DNA of 57,956 nucleotides from positions 21,434 to 79,389 of the forward strand of contig JAGVVY010000030.1 in the NCBI GenBank assembly GCA_018304585.1, read 5' to 3'. A program made the translations under genes and the position numbers. The notes beneath the pieces are model-generated. The model was given only the letters and a program-made list of their open reading frames with translations, was not told the origin of the DNA and made no database searches. Shown one piece after another: positions 34,218 to 43,005 of the stretch. The number at the start of each line of letters is the position of its first letter. Position 1 is the stretch's first letter. Origin of the DNA: Candidatus Aenigmatarchaeota archaeon. GTDB taxonomy: Archaea > Aenigmatarchaeota > Aenigmatarchaeia > GW2011-AR5.

Positions 34218-35048
34218 ATGTTTCTCATGCCCGATGCGTTGTCATTGTCGTTCGTTGAGAGGATACTGACGTTTATATTCGTGTTTTTCACAACCCTCGT
34301 GGCAGGAAATGCAGTCTATACGCTGATTATAAGGCAGCTCCAACTCAGGGCAGTCAAGTTCTCCGGGTATTATTTTCTGGCCAAGCTCCTGCTGTATGGC
34401 ATATACGCCTTTGGCTTCTTCTACGGGTTCACGGTAGTGCTCAATTTTAACGTCGCGGAATTCGCGGCGAGCTTCGGCCTCATAAGCCTGGCGATTGCAT
34501 TCTCGGCGCAGCAGACCATACAAAATTACATCGCAGGCATCATAATAATGGTGGACAGGCCGTTCCGCGAGCGCGATTACGTCGAGCACGCAGGCACGGT
34601 CTGTAAGGTCATAGACATAGGCCTCCGCAGGACGCGGATGCGTTCGCTTGACGGCAGGATATTCATCGTGCCGAATTCCGCGTTTGTGACAGGCACGGTA
34701 ATCAACTACACCGAAGGCGAGTACATAAGATGCGTCGTCCCAATTCCCATATCCCACGACTCCGACGTCGAAAAGGCCATGGCCGTCATAATGGAAGCAT
34801 GCGTTGAAAATCACGAAATAGTGCCGAGGGTCTCCAGAAAAATGTCCGCTCTTGAGACGCTTCTTACCATACCAAAAGACATGAAGAAGCTTGAGCCGAA
34901 GATTTTCATCAAAGAGATAAACAAGGACAGAGTGCTCTTGGAATTGTGGTTCTGGACCGACGGCATCAGAAGGAGGGAAGTCATAATTTCCCACGTCCTC
35001 AAAGAAACGAAGAAGCGGTTTGAAAAGAACGGCATAAAATTCGGATGA
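34218..35048 (+). CDS. Small-conductance mechanosensitive channel (MscS family)
   Basis: AFSAQQTIQNYIAGIIIMVDRPFRERDYV...G.V..I..R.T.....DG....VPNS. Confidence 0.9.
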   Translation: MFLMPDALSLSFVERILTFIFVFFTTLVAGNAVYTLIIRQLQLRAVKFSGYYFLAKLLLYGIYAFGFFYGFTVVLNFNVAEFAASFGLISLAIAFSAQQTIQNYIAGIIIMVDRPFRERDYVEHAGTVCKVIDIGLRRTRMRSLDGRIFIVPNSAFVTGTVINYTEGEYIRCVVPIPISHDSDVEKAMAVIMEACVENHEIVPRVSRKMSALETLLTIPKDMKKLEPKIFIKEINKDRVLLELWFWTDGIRRREVIISHVLKETKKRFEKNGIKFG

Positions 35049-35050
35049 TG

Positions 35051-35057
35051 TTTTTTT
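35051..35057 (+). terminator. T7 run 3 nt after the MscS stop (archaeal oligo-T terminator-like)
   Basis: tga tg ttttttt g ttt. Confidence 0.35.
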
Positions 35058-35238
35058 GTTTCAGCTTAATGATTTTTTGCATTAGCCAAATTGCTTTGTG
35101 CGAGAGATAGAAATAAGACCTAGGTAAGTAGTATTTTTAGCAAGGAAACAATATGTAAATATTTCCCTGCATACAATACTCTGCGATAGCTACCGTATGT
35201 GGGGTGAAATAAATTTAAGCGGGCCGCATAATTAAATT

Positions 35239-36297
35239 ATGAAAGCTGCGATAGTGGCTCTGTTATTCATTCACGTGTCCTTTGCCTCTGTTATAACGCC
35301 GTTTTCTTCTCCGGATAATATGGAAGAAGTTGTTGGTGGATTCCTGCAGGAAAGCGAATCGCCGTTGGTAGCCGTCTATATGTTCACAAATCCTGCCATA
35401 GCATGGGGGCTTGCAGGCAAAAATGCGACAATACTGGTGGAGAAGGCGCCTGCAGGAGGGATTCCCGATGAGTCGATCCTTTGCTTCCTGCAGGACGGCG
35501 GGTCAAGGGTCCTTCTTTACGACGGCCCTTACCGGTTCATGCACGCCAAGTATGCCGTTTCGGGGAACAGGTCTCTGGTGTTATCGGAGAACTTCGGGTC
35601 TTTCAGGGCACGCGGCTGGGGAGTGATAATAGAAGACGGCGCCGTGGCAGCCAATCTTTCTTCCATATTCAAGGAAGATTCCAAAAATGCCGTGCCGTTT
35701 GAATGCCGTCTAAATTATACGTTAGGGGGAACTTCTTTCCCGCCGGAAGCTCTGCCGTCATACGAAGGCAGCGTGCAGTTGGTAACGGCGCCGGGCGCAA
35801 CGCAGGATATTGTTTCGTTTCTTTCATCCGCAAAAGAAAGGCTGTGGATACAGCAGGCTTACATATACAGAAAATGGGACGAAGGCCGGAACCCGTTTCT
35901 AAGGGAAATAGAGCTCTCGCCTGCGGAAAAGAAAGTTATGACGGACGGATCGTGGTTCAACGTCGACAAGGGCGACAGGAACAGCAATTATTACACGGAC
36001 CAGTACCTGAAATCCGTGGGCATTGCATCGAAAATCCCGGATTTTGAGATTCATAATAAAGGAGCCATTGCCGACAATACAGCACTGGTCTCAAGCATAA
36101 ACTGGAACGAGAACTCGCCTGAAAATAATCGTGAAGTGGGTGTCCTAGTAACCGGCGAAGCTGCGAAGTATTTTGCCGCGCGTTTCGAGGAAGATTGGCA
36201 CAAAACGGAAATTCCGTTTTCGGCTTTAGCCGTTTTTATATTCTCACTTGGCATAGTTAAGCTATGGATTATTCTGCGAAAACGAAAAGGACATTAG
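35239..36297 (+). CDS. Phospholipase D / HKD-family protein, membrane-anchored
   Basis: Signal peptide. Degenerate first HKD (MHAKYAVSGN...SENF) and canonical second HKD (IHNKGAIADNTALVSSINW). C-terminal TM. Confidence 0.75.
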   Translation: MKAAIVALLFIHVSFASVITPFSSPDNMEEVVGGFLQESESPLVAVYMFTNPAIAWGLAGKNATILVEKAPAGGIPDESILCFLQDGGSRVLLYDGPYRFMHAKYAVSGNRSLVLSENFGSFRARGWGVIIEDGAVAANLSSIFKEDSKNAVPFECRLNYTLGGTSFPPEALPSYEGSVQLVTAPGATQDIVSFLSSAKERLWIQQAYIYRKWDEGRNPFLREIELSPAEKKVMTDGSWFNVDKGDRNSNYYTDQYLKSVGIASKIPDFEIHNKGAIADNTALVSSINWNENSPENNREVGVLVTGEAAKYFAARFEEDWHKTEIPFSALAVFIFSLGIVKLWIILRKRKGH

Positions 36298-37583
36298 GCA
36301 ATGCCCTGGTCGGCGACAGGATAGCCGTGCATACCAACGGAAAGAAATACGAAGGCTTCCTCATGCCCAAGCATTCCGAAGACCCGGATACCGTGACCCT
36401 CAAGCTGGACAGCGGATATACTATAGGGCTGAAGCCTGACAAAATAGCGCTAATAGAGAAGGCCAGGAACGTCAGGCCGCAACCGGCCCCCAAGCGGGTT
36501 CATGATTCTTCCAAGCCGACGATAACGATACTGCATACCGGAGGCACCATAGCATCAAAGGTAGACTACAAGACCGGAGCGGCTTATCCCGCCATCTCGC
36601 CGGAAGAATTGAGCGACGCCGTTCCTGAACTGAGGGAAATCGCCAATTACAATGCCAAAGTCGTGTTCCAGATGTATTCAGGGGACATGGAGCCTGAACA
36701 CTGGAAAATACTTGCGGAGAAAGTTTACGAGGAGGCGAAAAGCGGCGTTGACGGCATCATAATCCTGCACGGAACCGATACCATGGCGTACTCAGCAGCC
36801 GCCATAGCTTTCATGGTGCAGAAGCTGCCGATACCCGTGCTTTTCGTAGGCTCCCAGCGTTCTTCGGACAGGGGAAGCGCGGACGGGCCCATGAACATAA
36901 TATGCGCCTCCCTGTTCATAGTCAAGAGCGATTTTTCCGGAGTTGCCGTCTGCATGCACGGCACGTCAAGCGACGATTACTGTCTGGTAAATCCGGCAGT
37001 CAACGTGAAGAAAATGCATACGTCCAGGCGGGATACGTTCAGGCCTATAGACGTCAAGCCTTATGCGAAAGTCTGGCAAAACGGCAGCATTGAGATGATA
37101 AGAAATGATTATTCCGCCAAAGACAAGAAAAGGGGGCCGGTTCTGCGGAACAAAATCGGGAAGAAAGTGGCTATAATCAAGATCAGGCCGGGCATAAGCC
37201 ACAAGGAACTGGAGTTCTACAAGGATTACGGCGGCGTCATAATCGAAGGAACCGGCCTTGGCAATGCGCCCGTCACCGTATTGGATGAATACACGGCTCA
37301 TCACGGCAAGCTTCTCGAGGCTATGGGGAAGATGTCGAAGAGAGGCGTAAAGATGTTCATGGTTTCCCAGTGCCCTTACGGCAAGGTAAACATGAACGTC
37401 TATGCCTACGGCAGGGCGGTGCAGGATGCAGGCATCGTCCCGTTGGCCATGACTTCCGAAGCGGCGTACGTAAAGCTCATCTGGGCGCTTGGCAATTTCC
37501 CAAAGAACGCTGAAAAGATAATGCTTGAGAACTTTTGCGGCGAAATTGTTGAAAACATAAAGGCAGATACTTTTCTTATTTGA
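36264..37583 (+). CDS. gatD: Glu-tRNA(Gln) amidotransferase subunit D
   Basis: Asparaginase-type motifs ILHTGGTIASKVDYKTG and ILHGTDTMAYSAAA, with the N-terminal GatD-specific domain. Confidence 0.95.
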   Translation: MDYSAKTKRTLGNALVGDRIAVHTNGKKYEGFLMPKHSEDPDTVTLKLDSGYTIGLKPDKIALIEKARNVRPQPAPKRVHDSSKPTITILHTGGTIASKVDYKTGAAYPAISPEELSDAVPELREIANYNAKVVFQMYSGDMEPEHWKILAEKVYEEAKSGVDGIIILHGTDTMAYSAAAIAFMVQKLPIPVLFVGSQRSSDRGSADGPMNIICASLFIVKSDFSGVAVCMHGTSSDDYCLVNPAVNVKKMHTSRRDTFRPIDVKPYAKVWQNGSIEMIRNDYSAKDKKRGPVLRNKIGKKVAIIKIRPGISHKELEFYKDYGGVIIEGTGLGNAPVTVLDEYTAHHGKLLEAMGKMSKRGVKMFMVSQCPYGKVNMNVYAYGRAVQDAGIVPLAMTSEAAYVKLIWALGNFPKNAEKIMLENFCGEIVENIKADTFLI

Positions 37584-37590
37584 CGGGCGC

Positions 37591-38049
37591 TCATTCCCCC
37601 AGAACTATCATGGTGTTCGTTCTTTCCACGCCCGGGAAATTCTGTATATAGCTTGTCACGAACTTATCCATTTCATTCACGTCGCGCGCAGTGACTTTTA
37701 TTATCATGTCGTTCCCGCCGGTAATGACGTCCGCCAGTTGCACGTTCTCCTTTTCCCGGCACTGTTTGGCTATATCATGCTGCGTTATGCCGTTCTTTTT
37801 GAGTTCGTCATAATTAAATACAATCCCTATGTAGGCAGTTATGGTTTTTCCGGCCTTTTGCTCGTTGACTTTGACGGTGTATTGCTCTATCACGCCGTCT
37901 TCTTCCAGCTTCTTGATCCGGTTATATACGGTAGTTGTAGGCATATTGAGCTTCTTTGAGAGCGCTTGCATGCTAAGGCGGGCGTTTTTCCTGAGGACGC
38001 TCAGAATATTTTCATCTTTTTTGTCAATCATGTGGAATACATATTCCAA
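37591..38049 (-). CDS. Lrp/AsnC-family transcriptional regulator
   Basis: DENILSVLRKNARLSMQALSKKLNMPTTTVYNRIKKLEEDGVI plus a RAM domain. The start may be the ATG at 38031. Confidence 0.9.
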   Translation of the reverse strand: MEYVFHMIDKKDENILSVLRKNARLSMQALSKKLNMPTTTVYNRIKKLEEDGVIEQYTVKVNEQKAGKTITAYIGIVFNYDELKKNGITQHDIAKQCREKENVQLADVITGGNDMIIKVTARDVNEMDKFVTSYIQNFPGVERTNTMIVLGE

Positions 38050-38133
38050 AAATTATTTAAAAAGCATTTTACGGGGCATGAGCATTCTAAAAAAAATCAG
38101 AATTTTTTTATCTTCCGCAAGGCTATTATTACA

Positions 38134-38376
38134 ATGCGTATTAAAAATTTATCCAGCTTTATGCAAGAGTTCTCATTATTCGTAAATGAAGAAGAGGTCA
38201 TGCAGTCGCTCCATGGCGTCAGGCAAACAATAGACGGCATGCCTTATCGAAAGGGGCTGTTCTTCAAATTGCTTCTGCAGGGCATGGGGCGCCAGATTGA
38301 CTGGAGATTTGCAGAAGAGATGGAAAATGCCTTCATTGAGGTCGCGGGAAGTCGTAGGGTTACGGTTCAGGTTTGA
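38134..38376 (+). CDS. Possible 80-aa ORF in the lrp-gatE intergenic region
   Basis: MRIKNLSSFMQEFSLFVNEEEVMQSLHGVRQTIDGMPYRKGLFFKLLLQGMGRQIDWRFAEEMENAFIEVAGSRRVTVQV. Ordinary composition but no recognisable motif. Confidence 0.25.
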   Translation: MRIKNLSSFMQEFSLFVNEEEVMQSLHGVRQTIDGMPYRKGLFFKLLLQGMGRQIDWRFAEEMENAFIEVAGSRRVTVQV

Positions 38377-38487
38377 GCATATAGGCTTCACGGTAGATAT
38401 GCAAGGAATTCTCCGTCCAAATCGACGGATTTTAGGCCGTAGATTTGCAGAAGATAAAGATTTTAATTCTCTATGACAGGTTGTTTC

Positions 38488-40275
38488 ATGTCTTATGGAA
38501 AAGAGATTAACGTAGGGCTTGAGGTTCATCAGCAGCTTAATGCATCTAACAAGCTTTTTTGTCTCTGCCCTATTGCAAAGACTGAAAACTTCCCGTTTTC
38601 AGCTAATAGAAGAATCAGGGCAGTTGCCGGAGAAGGCGGCAAAATAGACCCTGCAGCTCTTTATGAGATGGCCCGCGGCAGGGAATTCATTTATAGGTTT
38701 GATAACACTACCAATTGCCTGATTGAACTCGACGAGGAGCCGCCCAAGCAGATAAATGACGATGCACTTTATATTACGCTGCAGGCTTGCAGGCTTCTGT
38801 CGTCTTCTCCGGTGAACGAAGTTCATATCATGAGAAAAACTGTAGCTGACGGCTCTGCGGTTTCCGGCTTCCAGCGGACAGCTCTTATAGGCATAGGCGG
38901 GCATATCAAGACATCCTTTGGGGGCGTAGGCATACAGACTGTATGCCTTGAGGAAGATTCTTCGGTGGATATGCATACAGGCAGGCCGGAATACCGCCTT
39001 GACCGGCTGGGCGTGCCCCTGATAGAGATAGCGACCGAGCCGGCAATGCATTCGCCTGAGCAGGCAATGGAAGCTGCAGAGGCGATAGGCACGCTGCTTC
39101 GCAGCCTGAACGTGCGCAGAGGCATAGGCAGCATCCGTCAGGACATCAACGTCTCCATAGAAGGCGGCGAAAGGATTGAGATAAAAGGCTTTCAGGAGCT
39201 GGACAAAATCGCGGAAGCCGTAAAAAACGAAGTTTCGAGGCAGGTAGCTTTGCTCGAAATACGCGACGAGCTTCGCAAAAGGGGCGTCAAAGGCCTGCAG
39301 GGAAAAATAGTTGACGTAACGCATGTTTTCCGCGATACAGAGTCTTTCGTGAAAAAATCCCTTACAGACGGCAGGGTTCTTGCATCGGCATTGCCCGGAT
39401 TTGCCGGCATCATGAAGAAAGAACTTGGCGACAAGACGCTGGGCAAGGAACTTTCCGGCTACGCCGCAGCGTACGGCTACGGCATAACGCACTCGGATGA
39501 GGATTTGGAGAAGTACAAGCTCGGGAGAGAGTTTGCAGAAATGAGAAAGCTTCTCAACGCCGGCGAGCGCGACGTTGTCTTCATAGTAGCCGGCAAGACT
39601 CCGGAAAAAGCCGTTGCTGCAGTCATTGAGCGCGCACGGCATTGCCTTATCGGCATACCCAAGGAAACGCGCGTTGCAGAGGGCGCCGGATCGAAATACA
39701 CGCGGCCGCTGCCCGGCTCGGAGAGAATGTATCCTGAAACTGACGTTCCGGTCCGTTCCATAAGCGGAATCGAGGTCTCGGTTCCCGAGACAATCAAAGA
39801 GCGCGAAGCGGGTCTGAAGAAGCTGATGCCGGAAGACATGGCCCATCAGTTGGCGCGCTCGGAAAAATATTGCTTATACGAAAATCTGGCAAAGAAATTC
39901 AACGTAGACCCCGTGCTTGTCGCTACGACGCTTCTCTCCACGCTCAAGGATCTGAAGAGGCGCGGGCTTGACGCAGACAGAATAACCGAGGATGAACTGG
40001 AAAAGGTCTTTGCTTACGCTGCCTCCGGTCGCGTGCCCAAGAGCGCGGTGCCCAAGGCTCTGGAAGGCATAGCTTCGGGCAAGAGTGCTGAAGGGATGAT
40101 GCAGGCTCTGGAGCCCATGGATGAAAAGAAGCTTCGTTCTATAGTTAATGAAGCGGTACATGCCAATGCGGGCCAGAAGGAAAGCGTTCTCATGGGCATC
40201 GTGATGACCAAAGTGCGCGGCCGGGCCGACGGGAGCGCGGTTGCGAAACTATTAAGGGAAGCCATGCGAAAGTAA
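38488..40275 (+). CDS. gatE: Glu-tRNA(Gln) amidotransferase subunit E
   Basis: MSYGKEINVGLEVHQQLN...CLEEDS...PLIEI.TEP.. and a C-terminal YqeY-like tail. An alternative ATG lies at 38473. Confidence 0.95.
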   Translation: MSYGKEINVGLEVHQQLNASNKLFCLCPIAKTENFPFSANRRIRAVAGEGGKIDPAALYEMARGREFIYRFDNTTNCLIELDEEPPKQINDDALYITLQACRLLSSSPVNEVHIMRKTVADGSAVSGFQRTALIGIGGHIKTSFGGVGIQTVCLEEDSSVDMHTGRPEYRLDRLGVPLIEIATEPAMHSPEQAMEAAEAIGTLLRSLNVRRGIGSIRQDINVSIEGGERIEIKGFQELDKIAEAVKNEVSRQVALLEIRDELRKRGVKGLQGKIVDVTHVFRDTESFVKKSLTDGRVLASALPGFAGIMKKELGDKTLGKELSGYAAAYGYGITHSDEDLEKYKLGREFAEMRKLLNAGERDVVFIVAGKTPEKAVAAVIERARHCLIGIPKETRVAEGAGSKYTRPLPGSERMYPETDVPVRSISGIEVSVPETIKEREAGLKKLMPEDMAHQLARSEKYCLYENLAKKFNVDPVLVATTLLSTLKDLKRRGLDADRITEDELEKVFAYAASGRVPKSAVPKALEGIASGKSAEGMMQALEPMDEKKLRSIVNEAVHANAGQKESVLMGIVMTKVRGRADGSAVAKLLREAMRK

Positions 40276-40280
40276 AGTAT

Positions 40281-40658
40281 ATGGTTGACATACTCGGCTA
40301 CACGATAGGCATAAGCCTGGCGCTTCTTGCAAGCCAGGCGGTTTCGGCGCTTCTTGCATTTATCGCAGTTGTAATTTCTGATAATTACATTGGTCATAAT
40401 ATTGAATTAAGAAGAGCTTTAGTTCTTTCGGTCATTTCGTTTTTCATCGTGCCTCTGATTATTCCGTACTTGGGCCTGAATTATCCTTATCTCAATCTTT
40501 ACTTCCCGCTTATATCATGGATAATACTTGGAGAAATAATACTCAATAATGACTTTGGAACGAAACTCAAGATCCTTGGCGTTGCGTTCTTCGTCTATTA
40601 TGTTTTGAACATAATAATCCAGCCCTTTATCATGGGATATTTGCGGTTTTTGAATTAA
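40281..40658 (+). CDS. Small polytopic membrane protein
   Basis: 125 aa, 4 predicted TM segments. Confidence 0.55.
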   Translation: MVDILGYTIGISLALLASQAVSALLAFIAVVISDNYIGHNIELRRALVLSVISFFIVPLIIPYLGLNYPYLNLYFPLISWIILGEIILNNDFGTKLKILGVAFFVYYVLNIIIQPFIMGYLRFLN

Positions 40659-41927
40659 CTAGCTTTGTTCAAGATGCGTATCTTCCGCCCGCGCAATTTC
40701 TACCTCTACAACTTCACCCGCTAAATGCGGGCCACGCAATACTACTGGTTTATAGGCATAGTTTCTGCCGAGCCAGGTGCCTTTATCCGGCTTGTATTCG
40801 TCAACAAGAACGGTACCCTTCCAGCCTATCCATCTCTGATTGCTTTCAAGCATGAGATCTTTGACTAATCGGGTCAGAATCCGGGTTCGTTCTTTCTTTA
40901 TGTCAGAAGCCACCTGCTTCATCTTAGCTGCAGGGGTATTCGGTCTCCAGCCGTAAGCGGAAATATTCACGAAGTCTGGCCTAGTTTCTTCTATAAACCT
41001 TACGGTTTCTGCAAATTCCTCCTCTGTCTCTGCCGGATGCCCGACAATGATATCCGTCCATACGGTCATTTCCGGAAATGCCGCCTTGAATTTTTTGATG
41101 ACTATTTTGTATTCATCGGTGGAATTTTTCCTGTTCATTTTCTTGAGCATGGAATTGCTGCCCGATTGCTGCGGCACATGCAGGAACTTGAAGACTTTGC
41201 CGCTTTTGTATGCTTCAATCAGTTCATCGATTATCGGCAGTACTGATGCCGGATGAAGCATGCCTATGCGAATGAAAAAATCACCTTGTAGCGCAGTTAC
41301 CTTGTTTATCAGATCTGGAAGAAGGATTCCATTGTCGTTGTAACCCGCAACTTCCTGTCCTGTTATCCAAAATTCGCGTACTCCTTCAACCAGTGAAAGT
41401 TCGATCTCCTTGACTATGTCCCTTGCGGGATAAGGATACTGTCCGCCCTTGGCAAATTTTGTTGAGCAGAATGAGCAGAAATAACCGCAGCCTGACTGGA
41501 CCTCCATTATGCGTATCGTGCCGTTTTGTATCTTGGGCATGAGAACCTTCGGCGTCTTGCTCTTGCCTAATAATACGGTCTTTTCGCCGGCTAGTGTATT
41601 GTCGACCACGGTTTCTATTTCCGCAACCCTGTTGGTTCCTATCTGGCTCAATTCAGGATAATCCTTTCCAAGATTGACAGCCTCAGGCAGGCATCCCGCA
41701 AGCACGAGTTTCTTTCCTTTGTTCCGTAGCTGCTCTATGCGGTGCCTTTCTTTATTCTCGGTCTTCTGCTTGACCGAGCACAGATTAAGAATGACGAGGT
41801 CGGCTTTTTCATCGTTCTCTACAAGCTCATATCCTTTCTGCTTCAATGTTCCGCCCATTATCTGGGAATCCATCTGGTTGCTGCTGCAGCCATATGTTTC
41901 TATATAGACTTTCTTTTTGTCGCTCAC
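40659..41927 (-). CDS. Radical-SAM methylthiotransferase (MiaB-like, archaeal type)
   Basis: KVYIETYGCSSNQMDS (UPF0004 domain), GCGYFCSFCSTKFAKG (CxxxCxxC), C-terminal TRAM domain. Confidence 0.9.
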   Translation of the reverse strand: MSDKKKVYIETYGCSSNQMDSQIMGGTLKQKGYELVENDEKADLVILNLCSVKQKTENKERHRIEQLRNKGKKLVLAGCLPEAVNLGKDYPELSQIGTNRVAEIETVVDNTLAGEKTVLLGKSKTPKVLMPKIQNGTIRIMEVQSGCGYFCSFCSTKFAKGGQYPYPARDIVKEIELSLVEGVREFWITGQEVAGYNDNGILLPDLINKVTALQGDFFIRIGMLHPASVLPIIDELIEAYKSGKVFKFLHVPQQSGSNSMLKKMNRKNSTDEYKIVIKKFKAAFPEMTVWTDIIVGHPAETEEEFAETVRFIEETRPDFVNISAYGWRPNTPAAKMKQVASDIKKERTRILTRLVKDLMLESNQRWIGWKGTVLVDEYKPDKGTWLGRNYAYKPVVLRGPHLAGEVVEVEIARAEDTHLEQS

Positions 41928-41977
41928 GTTACCAGTTTTTTGGTTAACTATATATGCTTTTGCTACAATGTTCGCCT

Positions 41978-42235
41978 ATGGGTATGGTTGCAGTTACGCT
42001 TAACATAATGCCCGCATCAGTAGATACTGATCTTGCAAAAATCAAGGATGAGATAAAGAAGCTGCAGATAAACGTGAAAACCATAGAAGAGAAACCCGTG
42101 GCCTTTGGTCTTAGGAAACTTGAGGTCCTATTCACTATGGAAGACGCCGATGGTGGCATTGACAGGATTGAAGAAGCTATCGGCAAGATTGAAGGCGTTG
42201 AAAGCGTTGAAGCCGGCGACATCAGTTTGGTCTAA
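41978..42235 (+). CDS. ef1b: Translation elongation factor aEF-1 beta
   Basis: MGMVAVTLNIMPASVDTDL..IK.EI......V..IEEKPVAFGL..L.V.F...D..GG.D..EE.I..IEGV.S. Confidence 0.85.
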   Translation: MGMVAVTLNIMPASVDTDLAKIKDEIKKLQINVKTIEEKPVAFGLRKLEVLFTMEDADGGIDRIEEAIGKIEGVESVEAGDISLV

Positions 42236-42293
42236 CATGTTATTTCTGGAAAGAATTAATAGCTATGGCGGCTAGTAGTATTCAAGGGATATT

Positions 42294-42500
42294 ATGAGAC
42301 AAGTTCTTATGTATAAGGGAGAGGACGGCTTCTGGATAGTGGAATGTCCGTCCCTTCCCGGATGCATTTCGCAGGGGAAAACGAAAGACGAAGCTCTGAA
42401 GAACATCAAAGAGGCTATAGCGCTTTACATAGAAGCTCTGGAAGAAGACAATAAGCCCGTGCCTCAGGAAAAATACGAGGTCATGTCGTTGGTAGTATAG
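42294..42500 (+). CDS. hicB: HicB-like antitoxin (UPF0150)
   Basis: GEDGFWIVECPSLPGCISQGKTKDEALKNIKEAIALYIE. Confidence 0.8.
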   Translation: MRQVLMYKGEDGFWIVECPSLPGCISQGKTKDEALKNIKEAIALYIEALEEDNKPVPQEKYEVMSLVV

Positions 42501-42631
42501 CTGATATTTCTCTATAGCTCTATAAGGAAGTAAACAGATATTATTTTCTTGTGAGCTACATGATTTGCCGGGCTAAGATATACAGAATTTTATTCGGTTA
42601 ACTATAAGCGATAGCATTTCATAAAATTCAT

Positions 42632-42868
42632 ATGCAGAATGCCGCCGGACTCCCCGTTATATCGGGGAAGGAATGTGTGAGGGCGCTGATAAAAGCCGGT
42701 TTTTATATCAGACGAAGAAAACCCAGTCACATCATAATGGGAAGGGATGTGCCCTTTGTGCAGACAGTGGTTCCGGATCACACGACAATAGACCGGGGGA
42801 CTCCAAGAGTTATAATTAAGGAAGCAGGGCTTACGGTGGAAGAATTCAATAAATATCTTGATCGATAA
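42632..42868 (+). CDS. hicA: HicA-like mRNA interferase toxin
   Basis: ISGKECVRALIKAGFYIRRRKPSHIIM...VVPDH..IDRGT...IIKEAGLTVEEF. Confidence 0.75.
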   Translation: MQNAAGLPVISGKECVRALIKAGFYIRRRKPSHIIMGRDVPFVQTVVPDHTTIDRGTPRVIIKEAGLTVEEFNKYLDR

Positions 42869-43005
42869 AGTCTTATTCGAGACTAAATATCAAGAAATCG
42901 CAGCCTGAATCGGCGTGTATGGATGTTGTTTCCGTTTTGCTTGAAAGGCGCCCGGCTTAAGCCGAAACCTATTTTTCTGATTTTAGACGGGATCTACAGT
43001 AGACA

